64,000 nt of DNA from Lama glama. Lineage: Eukaryota. The translations under genes and the position numbers were made by a program. Below the pieces are notes generated by a model. That model did not search any database, was not told the DNA's origin, and was given only the letters and a program-made list of their open reading frames with translations. Below are positions 24,380 to 37,254 of the stretch, one piece after another. Position 1 is the stretch's first letter. Each line of letters starts with the position of its first letter. The stretch spans positions 4,280,001-4,344,000 of the forward strand of contig CM052816.1 in NCBI GenBank assembly GCA_028534125.1, given 5' to 3'.

Positions 24380-26395
24380 AACTTTCTGAAACATCACAAT
24401 AGGAAAAAATATTTGCAATTTACCTGACTGACAATAGTTAACATTCCTAATATATATAAGGAGTTTATGAAAGAGAAACGAAAAAGGACATTAACATCAG
24501 AAACTGGGTACAGATATGAACAGAAAATTCATAAGAAATAAAATGCAAATGGCATTTAAACATTTGAAATTATGTTCAATGTTGCTCATAAAAGAGATGT
24601 GGGTTAACACTGTACTAAGATGCTCTTTCTCACCTATCAAATTGGAAAAAACCCAAAGTTTGAAAAGGCTATTAGCAAAGTGTAGGGAAACAGCCACTGA
24701 CATGTACACACACACACAAACACACACACACGTGTGTGTATATATTTATATTTATCTATTTAGGGCAGAAAGAAAAAAGATTGGAATGGACAAAACAGAT
24801 GTTTTGTAGATTTGACTTTTGAATCATGTGAATGTTTAATAAAATTTTTTTATTATAAAAACATCATCTTGAAATAGCAAGTTATTTTGTGGATATCAAC
24901 CACATTCTGATTCTAAAGTTTACATGGAAACACAATAATAAGAAAAAAGTTGGAAGCCTGACACTGCTCAACCTCAAGACTTACTATAAAGCTACAATAT
25001 TCCAGACAGCAGGGTACTGGCCAAAGAAAAGACACACAGATCAATGGGATAGTAAAAAAAGCCAAGAAATAGACACTCCAAATATAGTCAACTGATCTTT
25101 GACAAAGGTACAAAAGCAATACAATGGAGAAAGAATAATCTTTTCAACAAATGATGCTGGAACCACTGGATATGTATATATAAAAATTAGAATCTACACT
25201 CAGAACTTAAACCTTTCACAAAGAGATAAAAAGATAACTTAACATGGATAATAGACTAAATGTAAAATGCAACAATATAAAACTTCAAGAAGAAAACGTA
25301 TGAGAAAGTCTAGATGATCTCAGGTTTGGCAATGAGTTTTAAGAAACAGCACAAAATATCATTTGTGAAAGAGTAAACTGATAACTTATAATTATAGCAT
25401 AGGAGTTTTCAGAGTAGTGAAACTATTCTGTGAGATGCTGTGATGATGGACACATGCCATCCATTTATCAAAACACACAGTACAAAGAGTGAATCTTAAT
25501 ATATATAAATTTTCAAAAGTCACCAAGGAAGTTGGGGGAATTCCAGGAAACAATGCATTCTGTGACAAAAAACTCTAACCATATTACAAATATATGAAAC
25601 AATGTCATTGAAGGGAGCTGGAGGAAAGGGCGATGATTTAAATAACTGTGGAAACGAATGCAGTCTGTAAGACTAAGGGCAAAAGGAACTGCATATAAAA
25701 CACTGTACTCTAGTTGATAAAGTTGTTTCCCAAGAGGATATGAGCTAACAACTCTGATACTGTGACACATTTACTAGAACAGAACAATTAAGTAAACGGA
25801 TGCTGGATGTTAGCACCCACGTTTCTCACTGTTGGAGTAGAAACTGACAGAAAAGCCAGGGGAAGAAGTTAGAATGATCCACAGGGAACCTGATTAGAGA
25901 CGGAGACATCAGCATAAACTTGTGTTTAGCTTAATATAGATAAAGATGTTCACATGTACAAGTATTTATAGTTAAGTGTGTATACACAGGTTACTGTATG
26001 CACATGTATCTCTTTGCTCTGTTAGCTGAGAAGGCCCGAAAGAAACAACACCCACATGGCAACGAGCACACCTAGTGCCCAGATGTTGGTTTTTAAAACC
26101 AATCTCCAATCAAAGGAACTGGAACTCTTTACAGAAATGACTCATCCTAGAAATGCAGGAAATACATGAGACTAAACAATCATGTAGTAAGAATGAGCTT
26201 AAAAAATTAAAATGTGATGGGGATGTGTCAAGGGGACACAGGAGTCTTTGGGGAAACAAAGCTGGAAAAATTTGAACAAAAAAAAATATAAAATAGTATT
26301 GGATTATAATCCTAAGTATAAAATAAATATTCATGAGTCCCCATACTTATATAAGAAAGAACTGAATAAATTAATAAATGGCACTAAAGAGACAA
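24380..26395 (+). mobile_element. Fragmented old L1M cluster (ORF2 remnants plus L1MC-like 3' UTR)
   Basis: ORF 24889-25095 (ILKFTWK..LTLLNLKTYYKAT..WPKKRHTDQW..EID) is an L1 ORF2 remnant; caactgatctttgacaaagg; L1MC-like 3' UTR from about 25390. Confidence 0.85.
24706..24739. repeat. (CA)n/(TG)n microsatellite
   Basis: Direct read. Confidence 0.85.
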
Positions 26396-26399
26396 ATGT

Positions 26400-26795
26400 T
26401 TAATATTTATTAATTCATTTAAAAATAATAATGAATCCATTATGTGTTAACATAAATAGTATCTTTTTTATAAAAAATAGCTATTTTTCCAAAATGGAAA
26501 AAAAAAGTCAAAGAAAACACTGGATTGTTTTATACTTCCGTAAATCTTTTTAGTACCTGGTTCAATAGAGGAGAACTTGATTCTCTTATATGCTTCTGCC
26601 TCCAACCTGTGGTGATAACCACATGTCGAACAGATTCTGGGAAACTCCACCATATACTTGTAAGAGAATGAGGATGAAAAAGGCAACTTACATCTTAGTA
26701 TTACTATAAAAATAGTCTTGATCTCATGAATCCCTTAAAAGTGTCTCAGAGACCCCCTTCCATGCATCCCCAGACCACACTTTGAGAACTGCAAC
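26400..26795 (-). mobile_element. hAT-Charlie (Charlie1-like) DNA transposon fragment within the L1M
   Basis: Ends in cagaccacactttgagaactgc (Charlie TIR); internal catcttagtattactataaaaatagt and tatgtgttaacataaat. Confidence 0.75.
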
Positions 26796-26799
26796 TCCA

Positions 26800-27345
26800 G
26801 AACTAAACACCAATTTACAAGATACACAGAGGAACGTATCAAATGACACCCCAAGGGGACTGTCAGCCAAACACAGAATACGGGAAACTACAGGGCAATG
26901 ACCTAGTTTCTTCAACAAATAAATTATGAGAAAAACAGAAGAGGGAGACACTTAAGAGACTTATCAATCAGATGCAATGTGAAGATCTTATTTGAGTCCT
27001 GATTTGAACAATTATTTTAAAAGGATTCAGGAGACAATTGGTGAAACTAAAACACTGATTAGATATTTTCTAATATTTAAGAACTGTTAAAATCTTTTAA
27101 GTGGGATATCGACATTCTGTGTACATTTACCCAAAATGCTTATATTTTAGAACATAAGCATAGTTTGCTGAGACAGTTACAGATAAAATGATATGATATT
27201 TAAGTCATGCTTCAAAATAATCCACTAGAAAGAAGGAGAGAGAGAATGTGGATGGGAGATGAGGCTGGGTGATAAGTTCACACTCTTCATTGCACTATTA
27301 CCTCTAATTTTGTATGTTTCATTTTTTCATAACAAAAAAGGGAAG
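26800..27345 (+). mobile_element. L1MC4-like 3' end
   Basis: gacctagtttcttcaacaaataaatt...agagacttatcaatcagatgcaatgtgaagatcttatttgagtcctgatt...gcttcaaaataatcc. Confidence 0.75.
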
Positions 27346-27916
27346 AGAAAAAAAGACGAAGCCTCCAGTTAAGCCCGCTGGAATGCAGTGCTCCACAGGC
27401 CAAAGGCCTTCCTGAGCCTCCCACGTGCATTCTGCAGGAGAGCTGAGGCAGTCTCCACGCCACACGACAGCCCTGACTCGGAATTGACTATACAAGGAGA
27501 CACAAAAGGGTTTCTGCTGATTTCTGCATAAGGAAAGCAGGCTGAGTTATGTTAACTGGGCTTTTACTCGGATTGTTTTTACAACAGTAGGCCTTCTAAG
27601 TATTCCTGCTCTGTGCTGCAGTCCAGAAATTGGGACCTGAAAGGAGCTTTGGGTAAGAGAGATGCTTGGAAAGAAGCAGGGCCACTGGATGCCATGACTC
27701 CTATTCTGCTTCGCGTATATTTTGGGAGGCATTGGATTATAAACCTATTTTAATATGACCATGCCAAATGAGAAATTATCTATGCGAAATCTAATATGAT
27801 GAAAAATATCAAATATTTTAAAATCAAGTAACAGATTGCAGAACAGTATGTATAACATCTATAATAAAGGATTGATATTCATAACATAAGTAGCATTTAT
27901 CATATTCCATATTACA

Positions 27917-28301
27917 TAATATGGACTAAGATGTGTCCCCCCAAAATTCATAAGTTGAAAGCCAAACCCAGAAGATGACTGCATTTGGAGATAAGAGCTA
28001 TGGACTTAATTAAAGTTAAATGAGGTCATAAGGGGCAGGGTCCTCATCAGATAGGATTAGTGAACTTATAAGAAAAGACACCAGAGAGAGCTCCCTCTCC
28101 ATGTACACGCAGAGGAAAAGTCATGCCAGGGTACAGCTAGAAGGCAGTGGTCTGCAAGCCAGGAAGTGAGCTCCCACCAGAAATCACCCTGCTAGACCTA
28201 GATCTCGGAATTCCAGCCTCAGGAATATGAAAGAGAAACTTCCATGGTTTAAACTACCTGATCTATCGTGTTTTGTTACGGCAGCCAAAGCAAACTAATA
28301 T
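27917..28301 (+). mobile_element. MLT1A-like MaLR LTR
   Basis: tatggactaagatgtgtccccccaaaattcataagttgaa...gttaaatgaggtcataagggg...ttccagcctcag...tttgttacggcagcc...ctaata. Confidence 0.92.
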
Positions 28302-29636
28302 GCTAAGGAACACTACATGGCAATTAAAATATGCTTGTCACATATTACTAAGGGAAAACTAGCATGTCACAAAGAATATGCTAAGTATGATCCCATTTAT
28401 GCAAAGAGCAAACAAACAGAAAGAAAGCAATAAAAACAAGACAGATGTGTGCATTTGTGCACTACACAGTTCTGGGTGATTCTGTGAGTAGTAAATGAGT
28501 ATGCTTTCATCCAAACTCTTTTATATGCTGTAACCCCACCTCAGGTACACCATTCCCCTTAAGGTAAAGATGTCACAGCAGAACTGGGGATAGAAAAAGA
28601 CATCCCATTCTGGACATTTTTGTTTTTAGAATCTGAGATCCACCTGTAAAATACTTGCAAACCACTTTTTGTTTGTTGTCTTCTGCCCTAGAAGAGGTGG
28701 TGGTGGAATACCACTCCCTCGGTAGGAGAACAGGAAAAAGAGGCTGACAGACTGTCATAATCTCTGAGGGCCCTCTACTGTGCCTTCTTCCATAAGGGTC
28801 ACTTTAAGGGGATGGGAGAACTAGAATCCTCTGACAGGCACAAGGTTTGAGGGCAGAGATGACCAGTGCTCACTCTCCCTCTGAAGAATGGCAATGAGCA
28901 TTTTCAAAGGAGGCTTTCACTCTAACAAGAACAGAGATAGCTGGATGTCAGAGGAGCATGCAGGTGAGAGGTACAGAAGTTCCGAGGTAGCTGCACCCAA
29001 TTCCCCATATCCTTGAAGAACTGTTTCTCATTAGCATAGAAGGAAGAAAGTCTACACAACTGAAGGGGTCCTGTATGGACCAGCAGATGGTGCCATGGAC
29101 CAAATGGGAGTGCTAGTACCAGCACCCACCTGGATGCCCAGAGACGGGGGGCACACCTGAACCAGGCGGGATGATGCACACTCTAGAAAATTCTGGAGTG
29201 AACAGATTCCGTGTGGTCCAGCTGTCTCCTCACTCCAGAAGCAATGACCCTCGTTAAAGTCCCAGCATTTAGATAAGCCACAGAGAAGCAGGACAGGTAA
29301 GGGGAACTTAAGTGTCAGGATTTTAACTCAGAAGAAGACTTTTGCTAGAATTGACTATAATTGTGTTTTCTGTCATTAGAGGAATGTATACTCAAAATGG
29401 TAATTGTAAAGAAAATGTGTGTGTGTGTGTGTATTCAGGGGTGTGTGTAAACACTGTTAAATGAATAGAAACAGTAGTTCTCTAAGGGGGTGGTGGTAGA
29501 GTAGGATTTGGAGAATGTGTGAAGAATTTCACTTGTCACGCCATTTATACTTCTGTAAATTGTTTCCATTTTTCACATTGAGCACATATTATTTTAGTGA
29601 TAAAGGTTTTCTGATTGTTAATGAAACAATGATGAA

Positions 29637-29838
29637 TATAGTTCCCTGTGCTATATTCAACACCCTGTAATAAACCATAATGGAAAAGAACATGAAAAAG
29701 AATGCATATATACATGTGTGTGTATATATGAACCACTTTCCTATACACCAGAAACTAACACAACATTGTAAACCAACTGTACTTCAATAAAAAATAAAAA
29801 TTAAAAAATTAAATTAAAATTTTAAAAAAAAATTTAAA
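29637..29838 (+). mobile_element. Short L1 3' end with a tiny 5' inversion
   Basis: aaaccataatggaaaagaacatg...acaacattgtaaaccaactgtacttcaataaa plus A tail. TSD gaaaca(a)tgatgaa at 29623-29636 and 29839-29851. Confidence 0.9.
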
Positions 29839-30351
29839 GAAACATGATGAAAGTAGAAGTTTCTCAGTAATGTTTCCATGCACCACTGGTGGGGCATCTG
29901 CCCCAGGGTGTTTACCATGAGACACTACGTCTTCACCGTAAACATGGTGTCAAAGAGTAATAGGGGAGCCCTGGCGATGTTTCCTGTCACAGGAAGAAAA
30001 GACAGAACTGTGAAAAAACAGTACAGAACTGTCAAAGGTACCTGACATGAGCTACAAGTCATGATACATGTCACAGAACTGCCCCTTGTGCAATCATCTA
30101 AACACTAATTTTTCACAAAGACAGAAGAAACAGTAACAACTAAAACCCTAGGACCACTGCATGGTAAGTCTACAAAGACGCCTAAACCGGAGCACCACCT
30201 CTATCCTCACCACATATTTCACCCATCATCCACGTCTTCAGTCTCTGTATTCTGATCAATACATACAGACAACTGCATTTCTAAAAAGCCCGTGGAGCTG
30301 TGACTGGTTCATTACCCTAAGTTCAATATTGACATGTAGTATGGCTCTAAG

Positions 30352-30715
30352 AAACACTCATTTCAAATCAATAAATGTTTACTGGGCACCTTTTATGTGC
30401 AGCCAATCAGCACCAGAGGAGCACAAAGATGGAAAGGACCCTGCCGTGAGGTATTTACTGCTTCCGAGGAGACAAATATGTAAACAGCTAATAATTACAC
30501 AAGACAAAATAAAGTAAGCGCTAGTAATAATTACAAAAAAATGGAGCTGGTGGAGTAAAAGGAAAGGAGTCTTTAATTCTACATGGGTGTTTGGGTTGGT
30601 TTTTGGAAAATGATGACGATTTATTCAGCAGAGAAGCCAAGGGCAGTCACTGCTAAGAGAACACCGACAGCAAAAGCAGGGAGGTGTGAAAGGAAGGCTC
30701 AGCATCAGGTCTCTA
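30352..30715 (-). mobile_element. L2 fragment
   Basis: cactcatttcaaatcaataaatgtttactgggcacc...aaacagctaataattacac: antisense L2 3' end. Confidence 0.65.
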
Positions 30716-31619
30716 AGAAAACGTGTTCTCCAGACCAGTCACTGGAACCATTAATCACCTCCCATTCCATATTCGCTTTCTCAAGTAGCCAGAGGCCAAG
30801 GAGGTAGACCTCCTCTACAATTACTAGCAAGAGAAAGTGAAACAGAAATGCACTCGGCAGAGGTAGGTTCCATGAAAGGTAAAGATACTCATAGATCACA
30901 AAGGGGCAACTTGGGAGCCTCTCTAAACATGTCTCTGTGCTACTGCGGTTTCCCTGCTTAACCTGGAAAGTGCTGAAATACAGTGTGTAACAAGACTGGG
31001 GCTTGCAAAACGAGCAGATAGACTTTTGCTCTCAAAGTCTTCAAATTGGGCTCTAGGTTAACATAAATCATAATCTCAAGTACTGGGATGCACTTAGAAC
31101 AATTGTTTCCATGTCTTCATCTGCTGGACTCTATCATGCCTTATGCAACAGAAGCACTTTCTATTGGAAAAGAGGTCTCTCGGATGCCTACTACTGCCAG
31201 AAAAACAAAACAAAACAAAAACAAAACCTTTACAATGTCTGAAAAAAAAGGTAAGGGCTCTATATGATTCAGCAAACTATTCGCCAAACAGTGAAGAGAC
31301 TTTTCAATACAATGTATTTGATATAACATAAACAAAATTTGTGTTCTCTACACTGCGTTACTTTTTTATATTAACTATTAAACTTTAGTTCAGTACCTTC
31401 TGACTTTCTTAAAAACAGATCCACATGTTCACTGACAATAGTCTATGAAAAGCATGCATGATTCCCAGAAAGAACATACCTGAGAAGGTACATAAAAGAG
31501 AAAATTAGATACTATAAGGCTTAAAAAATAGTATTATTGAAACCTTGAGTACTAATCAAAATAATATATTTAAAATTCAACAGTTTTATACACAAAAAAA
31601 AATCAATTGCTATTTTCTT

Positions 31620-32060
31620 TTCACTGACCTATTCAACAGCATTTTTGTATGCCTATTATGTCCTCAACACATGATTTTAAAAATAAAGATGGCACTGTCA
31701 TGGAGCTCACATAAGGGGTAAAGGACAAGGCAGCCAACAATTTTCATACCGAGCAATAGGGATTACAGTAGAGATAAGCAGTGGGAGCAGAACAGTCTCT
31801 AATTCAATCCTCAATCTAGGGGTTGGTATAGAAAAGCAGTAACGCTTGCCTCGTATCCTGAAGTCTAGGTGGGAGTCAACAACACAGAAGACCACAGAAA
31901 ACAGCTTCCTGGAAACAGCAAGGAGGAGGTACAAAGGCACACAGACATAAAAGACACCACCAGGTTCGTTCGTATAGGTACGGGATGCTACCGTGTGGGG
32001 AACACTGAGCGGTGAGGCTGGGAGTCGGGGTGGACCGTGCATCTCAGGATCCCAAAGGAC
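31620..32060 (-). mobile_element. L2 fragment
   Basis: attcaacagcatttttgtatgcctattatgt...ctgtcatggagctcac...cagcttcctggaaacagc. Confidence 0.6.
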
Positions 32061-33149
32061 GTCAGAGGTCTGGATTCCCAAACACTTTCAGTGACCTGAC
32101 ACTCACCACCCATGCTGCTACACTGCCTTTCATGTTGCACCCTAGGGTCTCTGAATATGACATTAATCCCTCTTTCATTTGCGGAACTAAAATCAATTCA
32201 GCTTTTTTGAGATGAAACATGGGACTACCGAAGAACTAACTAGATCATAAGTTTTTCACTAATAAAAGATAATCAGAACCGAGCTGGCATTGAGTTAGAA
32301 GATCCAGGGTTAATCTGGTTTTCCCTTTGTAGCATCTGTGAGCCATAACAAATAACCAGGTCTCTGAACTCATCTGGGCACTTCCAGAAGCAGGGCCCTT
32401 CATGGGTTTCTGTAAACATCATACGACTTCTGAGTGCAAGTGAAGAGGGACAGCTCTCTAATCCCCAAGACCGTGGCCTAAAGCTCCCATGTACTTCCCT
32501 GGAGAACCTCCATTCTCGTGCTCATCAGTCCGAGCACCACTCACATCCTCTCTCCCTGCAGACTCTGTGGAAGCAATTACTAAGTGCGATCCTGATCCCA
32601 CTGATTAGGCCAGCTTGCAGTCCAAGGGAACAAAATCAACCATGTTAATTTCAGCTGCACAAGGCGGAGGGGGCCAGGGGTACTTGCCAAATAGAGAAAT
32701 TGTAGCTCCTCAGAGAAAGCAATTCAATTTGCAGGCTCTAATTGTTAAGCCGGAATTAAAAATAATGGAAGGCACAAAGCAACTGCATACGAAAGTCCAG
32801 GTAATGTCAGTGGAACAGGAAAGCATCCTTCAATAAGCAGGTGCACTTCGCAACCTGTTTTCTTCTGTAAGTCTCATGATGATTTCTACATTTGCCACCA
32901 TGCAATCGGCAAGAGGCAAGAGGAGCCAGTGCAATTAAGCTTGAGAGTAAAACCAGAGGCAGAGCCCCCTCTTGCATACTGTGTACATCATACAAGATGA
33001 AATGAGCTGGCACAGGAGAGGCCCAGACACCAAGGAGAGAAGTCAATGGGGAAAAAGAAATCAAAATCACAAGAGCAGATGAAGGCATAAGAGAGTCTTC
33101 GCAAGAGCACAAGGAACAGCTCATCTCAGGGACTTAAGAACTAAGCATC

Positions 33150-33360
33150 CCAGCTTGAAAATCAGCAGACTGGGAGTCAAATACCTACTCCATCCTTTCC
33201 AGCTGAGGGACCTCAGGCAAACTGCTTATCCACAGAAAGGTTCAGTTCCCCGCTCTGCATAACCACCCAGGCTTATGGAAAGACAGAGTCAGTTACAGCA
33301 AATGAATGGCTTTCAGAGAGCGTCTGACACATAACAAGCATTCAGTGAATTTGAACTTGA
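33150..33360 (+). mobile_element. MIR SINE, diverged
   Basis: aatcagcagactgggagtcaaatacc...agctgagggacctcaggcaaactgctt...tctgacacataacaagcattcagtgaat. Confidence 0.6.
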
Positions 33361-33857
33361 AAATAGAATGCCTGGCATATGTCAAATAAGCAATAACTGT
33401 TTGATGGGTAAAGTCCTAAAGGACCAAGAAGAAAAACTGCATTCTTCTGTGTTTGAAAAAAAGAGGGGTGATAAAACCATGGGAAAATCATTACAGAGTC
33501 AAGTACCGACCAGGCCCTGGAGGATGTCACTGTACTGTCCCCACTTCCCTGAAGGCAGTATTGGAATGACCCTGTTTCGATTTTATACCAATAATGACTG
33601 AATCTGTTGATGAATTATGCAGTTTTTATTTCATAACAATACTTATTTTTAGAGTGGGAAGTCTTTAAAAACTAAATAACCATATCAATGAATGACTGAA
33701 TAACAAAAATACCTTAATAAAGCTATTCTAAAAATTTAAAAAATCAAAACTCTGTTTTAAATCCGTAAGAGACTGAGGGCCAGAGAAGTTATAATGATTT
33801 TCATCAAACTCCAGTTATCAGAGCAAGAGTTGAGTGCATTTGTTAAGTTCACTGGCT

Positions 33858-34025
33858 CTAGGATGGACTGAAATGTGCCTTCCCCCAGATTTGTGTGTTG
33901 AAGCCCTAATTCCCAGTGTGACTCTCATTTGGAGACCGGGGCCTTAAGGAGGTGATTAACATTATACACATCACAACAACAGGGCCATAATCTAACAGGA
34001 CTGGTGTTCTTATAAGAAGAAGAAT
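33858..34025 (+). mobile_element. MLT1A-like LTR 5' fragment
   Basis: atggactgaaatgtgccttcccccagatttgtgtgttgaagccctaattcccagtgtgac...ggactggtgttcttataagaaga. Confidence 0.85.
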
Positions 34026-34770
34026 AAACATCATTCTCACGCCAGTAAAACTTGGACTGTAGTTGAGGGAGAGAGAGACAATAAACAAGAGAAAAAATGA
34101 ACAACCCAGCATCCCTTAGGGTCATGCAGATACAGCTCCTTACACTGGACCAAGGAAAGAGCTACCTGAAGAGGTGATGTGGATCAAGAGATGGACACTG
34201 AGAAGGCCTGAGTCACTTAAACAGCGAGAATGATACGTGCAAAGACACAAACCAGAACGAAGTCTGGCTGATTCTAGGAGAGAAAAACTCAAGAAGCATG
34301 GATTGTATGGAGCCAGGGCGGGGATGTTACGTAAGGGAGAGGTCAGAGAGATTGCAGAGTCAGAGTCTGTCACGTCTTGCAGACCATGATGGTAAATCTA
34401 GATTTTATTTATAAGTGCAGGAAGTAAAATGGGAAGCCATTGGAAGATCCTAAAGCAGAGAGGTAAGATCTGATCTATGTCTTTTCTTTTTTTTTTTTAA
34501 CCTGAATTTTTCCCTCTTTTTTTTTTTTTTAACTGAAGCATGGTCAGTTTACAGTGTTGTATTCATTTCTGGTATACAGCATAGTGATTTATTTTTACAT
34601 ATATATGTATATATATATATATATTCCTTTCCATATTCTTTTCTATTATAGGCTATTACAAGGTATTGAATATGGTTGCAAATGATGCAACTGACAAGGG
34701 CTTAATTTCCAGAATATACAAACAGCTCATACAATTCAATAACAAAAAAACAAACACCACAATCCAAAAA

Positions 34771-36126
34771 GGAGCAAGAGAAAAGGAGGCAACGGAAAAA
34801 AGACAGTCTCTTCAGCAAATGGTGTTGGGAAAACTGGACAGCAGTGTGTAAATCAGTGAAGTTAGAACACTCCCTTACACCATACACAAAAATAAACTCA
34901 AAATGGATAAAAGACTTAAACATAAGAAAAGATACAATAAACCTCCTAGAAGAAAATATAGGCAAAACATTATCTGACATACATCTCAAAAATGTTCTCC
35001 TAGGGCAGTCTACCCAAGCAATAGAAATAAAAGCAAGAATAAACAAATCGGACCTAATTAAACTTACAAGCTTCTGCACAGCAAAGGAAACCATAAGCAA
35101 AACAAAACAACAACCTACGGAATGGGAGAAAATTTTTGCAAATGATGAAACCAACAAAGGCTTTATCTCCAGAATATATTAGCAGCTCATATGACATAAT
35201 AAAAAACAAACAAACGACCCAATCCAAAAATGGGCAGAAGACCTAAACAAGCAATTCTCCAAGGAAGAAATACAAATGATCAATAGGCACATGAAAAAAT
35301 ACCCAATATCACTAATTATCAGAGAAATGCAAATCAAAACTACAATGAGGTATCACCTCACACCAGTCAGAATAGCCATCATTCAAAAGTCCACAAATGA
35401 CAAATGCTGGAGAGGCTGTGGAGAAAAGGGAACCCTCCTACACTGCTGGTGGGAATGCAGTTTGGAGCAGCCACTGTGCAAAACACTATGGAGATTCCTC
35501 AAAAGACTAGGAATAGACTTACCGAATGACCCAGGAATCCCGCTCCTGGACATATATCTAAAAGGAATTCTACTTCAAAAAGACACCTGCACCCCAATGT
35601 TCATAGCAGCACTATTTATAATAGCCAAGACATGGAAACAGCCTAAATGTCCATTGACAGATGACTAGATAAAGAAGATGTGGTCTNNNNNNNNNNNNNN
35701 NNNNNNNNNNNNNNNNNNNNNNNNNNNNNNNNNNNNNNNNNNNNNNNNNNNNNNNNNNNNNNNNNNNNNNNNNNNNNNNNNNNNNNAATCTAAAAAAAAA
35801 AAAAGAAGAACATAAATACAAAACAGAAACAGACTCATAGACATAGAATACAAACTTGTGGTTGCCAAGGGGGAGGGGGGTGGGAAGGGACAGACTGGGA
35901 TTTCAAAATTTGTAGATACTGACAGGCATATGCAGAATAGATACACAAGATTATACTGTATAGTACAGGGAAATATATACAAGGTCTTGTGGTAGCTCAC
36001 AGTGAAAAAAAATGTGACAATGAATATACGTATGTTCATGTATAACTGAAAAATTGTGCTCTACACTGGAATTTGACATAACATTGTAAAACGACTATAA
36101 CTCAATAACATGTTTTTAAAAATATA
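34771..36126 (+). mobile_element. Younger L1, element B (ORF2 3' part plus 3' UTR), nested in element A
   Basis: ORFs 34844-35182 and 35276-35668 are L1 ORF2 ([42 protein letters not shown]), broken by stops; 3' UTR runs to ctcaataa. Confidence 0.95.
35687..35786. other. Assembly gap (100 N) inside an L1
   Basis: Run of exactly 100 N. Confidence 1.
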
Positions 36127-37254
36127 CCAAAAATGGCCAGGAGACCTAAACAAACATTTCTCTGGTGATCTGTGTCTTTAAAAAAAAAAAAATCCCTCTA
36201 ATTTCTGTGTTAAAAAAAAAAAAAAAAGATTACGAGGCTGAATAAATGGCTACAGAAGCCCAGGTGGGAGCCCAAAGCTGAAACCCAGATGAGAAACGAA
36301 GGTGGCTGGGTTGGCAGCACTGGGTGGAGAGCAATGGGCAAATTTGGGATCTATTTTACAGCTTAGGTCGCTTGACTGGCTAAGGGGTTGCATCTTATAT
36401 CAGCAGTAGGATTCAGCTTTTTCATCAGCACTTCCTTTAAAGCTCACCATGTAATTTAAAAAGTCAAGTGGCTGAGAAATACCTGACCTGTATTCCTTGA
36501 TCCTGGACAGGCCAAACAAACAAACAAATAAACAAATAAATCAATGTACACAGTGATCCCCAGTGGGTAAACAGGCAAATTCTTGCACCTCCCTGACATG
36601 TTTCTAGCAACTTTAACATTCTCCTGCCTTTTCTATCATTTCACCTTAAAATCCTAGCACCCTATGTTAACAAAGCACCAGGAGCTCACAGTCAAATCCA
36701 GAGACCCCCTCTAGACCAAGCAGTTGTTTCACAATCAAAATGTTAATTCTGGATAAATTAGAGAACATCACCTGGATGGTACAACACGGGGCACCATTTA
36801 CCCACTGAGCTCATGTTCTTATCTAGAACACCTAGTTCACAGGAGCGAACAGATGAAGTCATTGTGCGGGAACTTTTCCCCTTGCTGTTTAGGTGCTAAT
36901 GAATTCTACAAATTCTCTAAGACCACAGGAGGCTGGCTTTTCTTTTCTACCCTTTACCAGTTCATTCCCCGATTTGTCTCTTCTCCTTTTTCACAGAAAT
37001 GGAAGAATCATCACGAATGGCTGGGAATGGAATCATATGGACTGCAAGAGGTCTTGGTGCAACAGGAATCAAATGCTGACACAGGTTTTCCTGGATGAAA
37101 TACTTGTTAGGTTAAAAAAAATGAGTCTGGCACTGTGCCTGGCACATCATCAATGCTGAAGAAACGAAGACACTGTCATGGTCGTGGACTTGAAGCTGGG
37201 CTAGTGCCTTTCCTAATATGAGCTGGTTGGTGTTTCATCTGCACAGCAAGTCTA

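Larger units (their letters stand above)
34485..36165 (-). mobile_element. 5'-inverted (twin-primed) L1, element A: antisense 3' end 34485-34676 plus a sense ORF2 piece at 34677-34770 and 36127-36165
   Basis: Poly-T and antisense L1 3' UTR abut a sense ORF2 piece ([17 protein letters not shown]). 14-bp TSD tgatct(a/g)tgtcttt at 34471-34484 and 36166-36179. Confidence 0.85.
34110..36390 (-). mobile_element. L2 fragment (34110-34484 and 36180-36390) split by nested L1s
   Basis: gattttattttataagtg...tgggaagccattggaaga...aagcagagagg...tgatct, resuming after the L1s as aaatccctct...ccagatgagaaacgaaggtggc. Confidence 0.7.

Noticed and set aside
28505..29365. Possible very old LTR-like element
   Set aside because: No clear termini, TSD or family match by eye.
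30002..30081. Three copies of acagaactg
   Set aside because: Irregular spacing and only 9 bp; not an array.
34666..35668. ORFs with real protein similarity
   Set aside because: LINE-1 ORF2 remnants with stops, not a host gene. The same applies to 4262-4624, 24889-25095 and 37798-38040.
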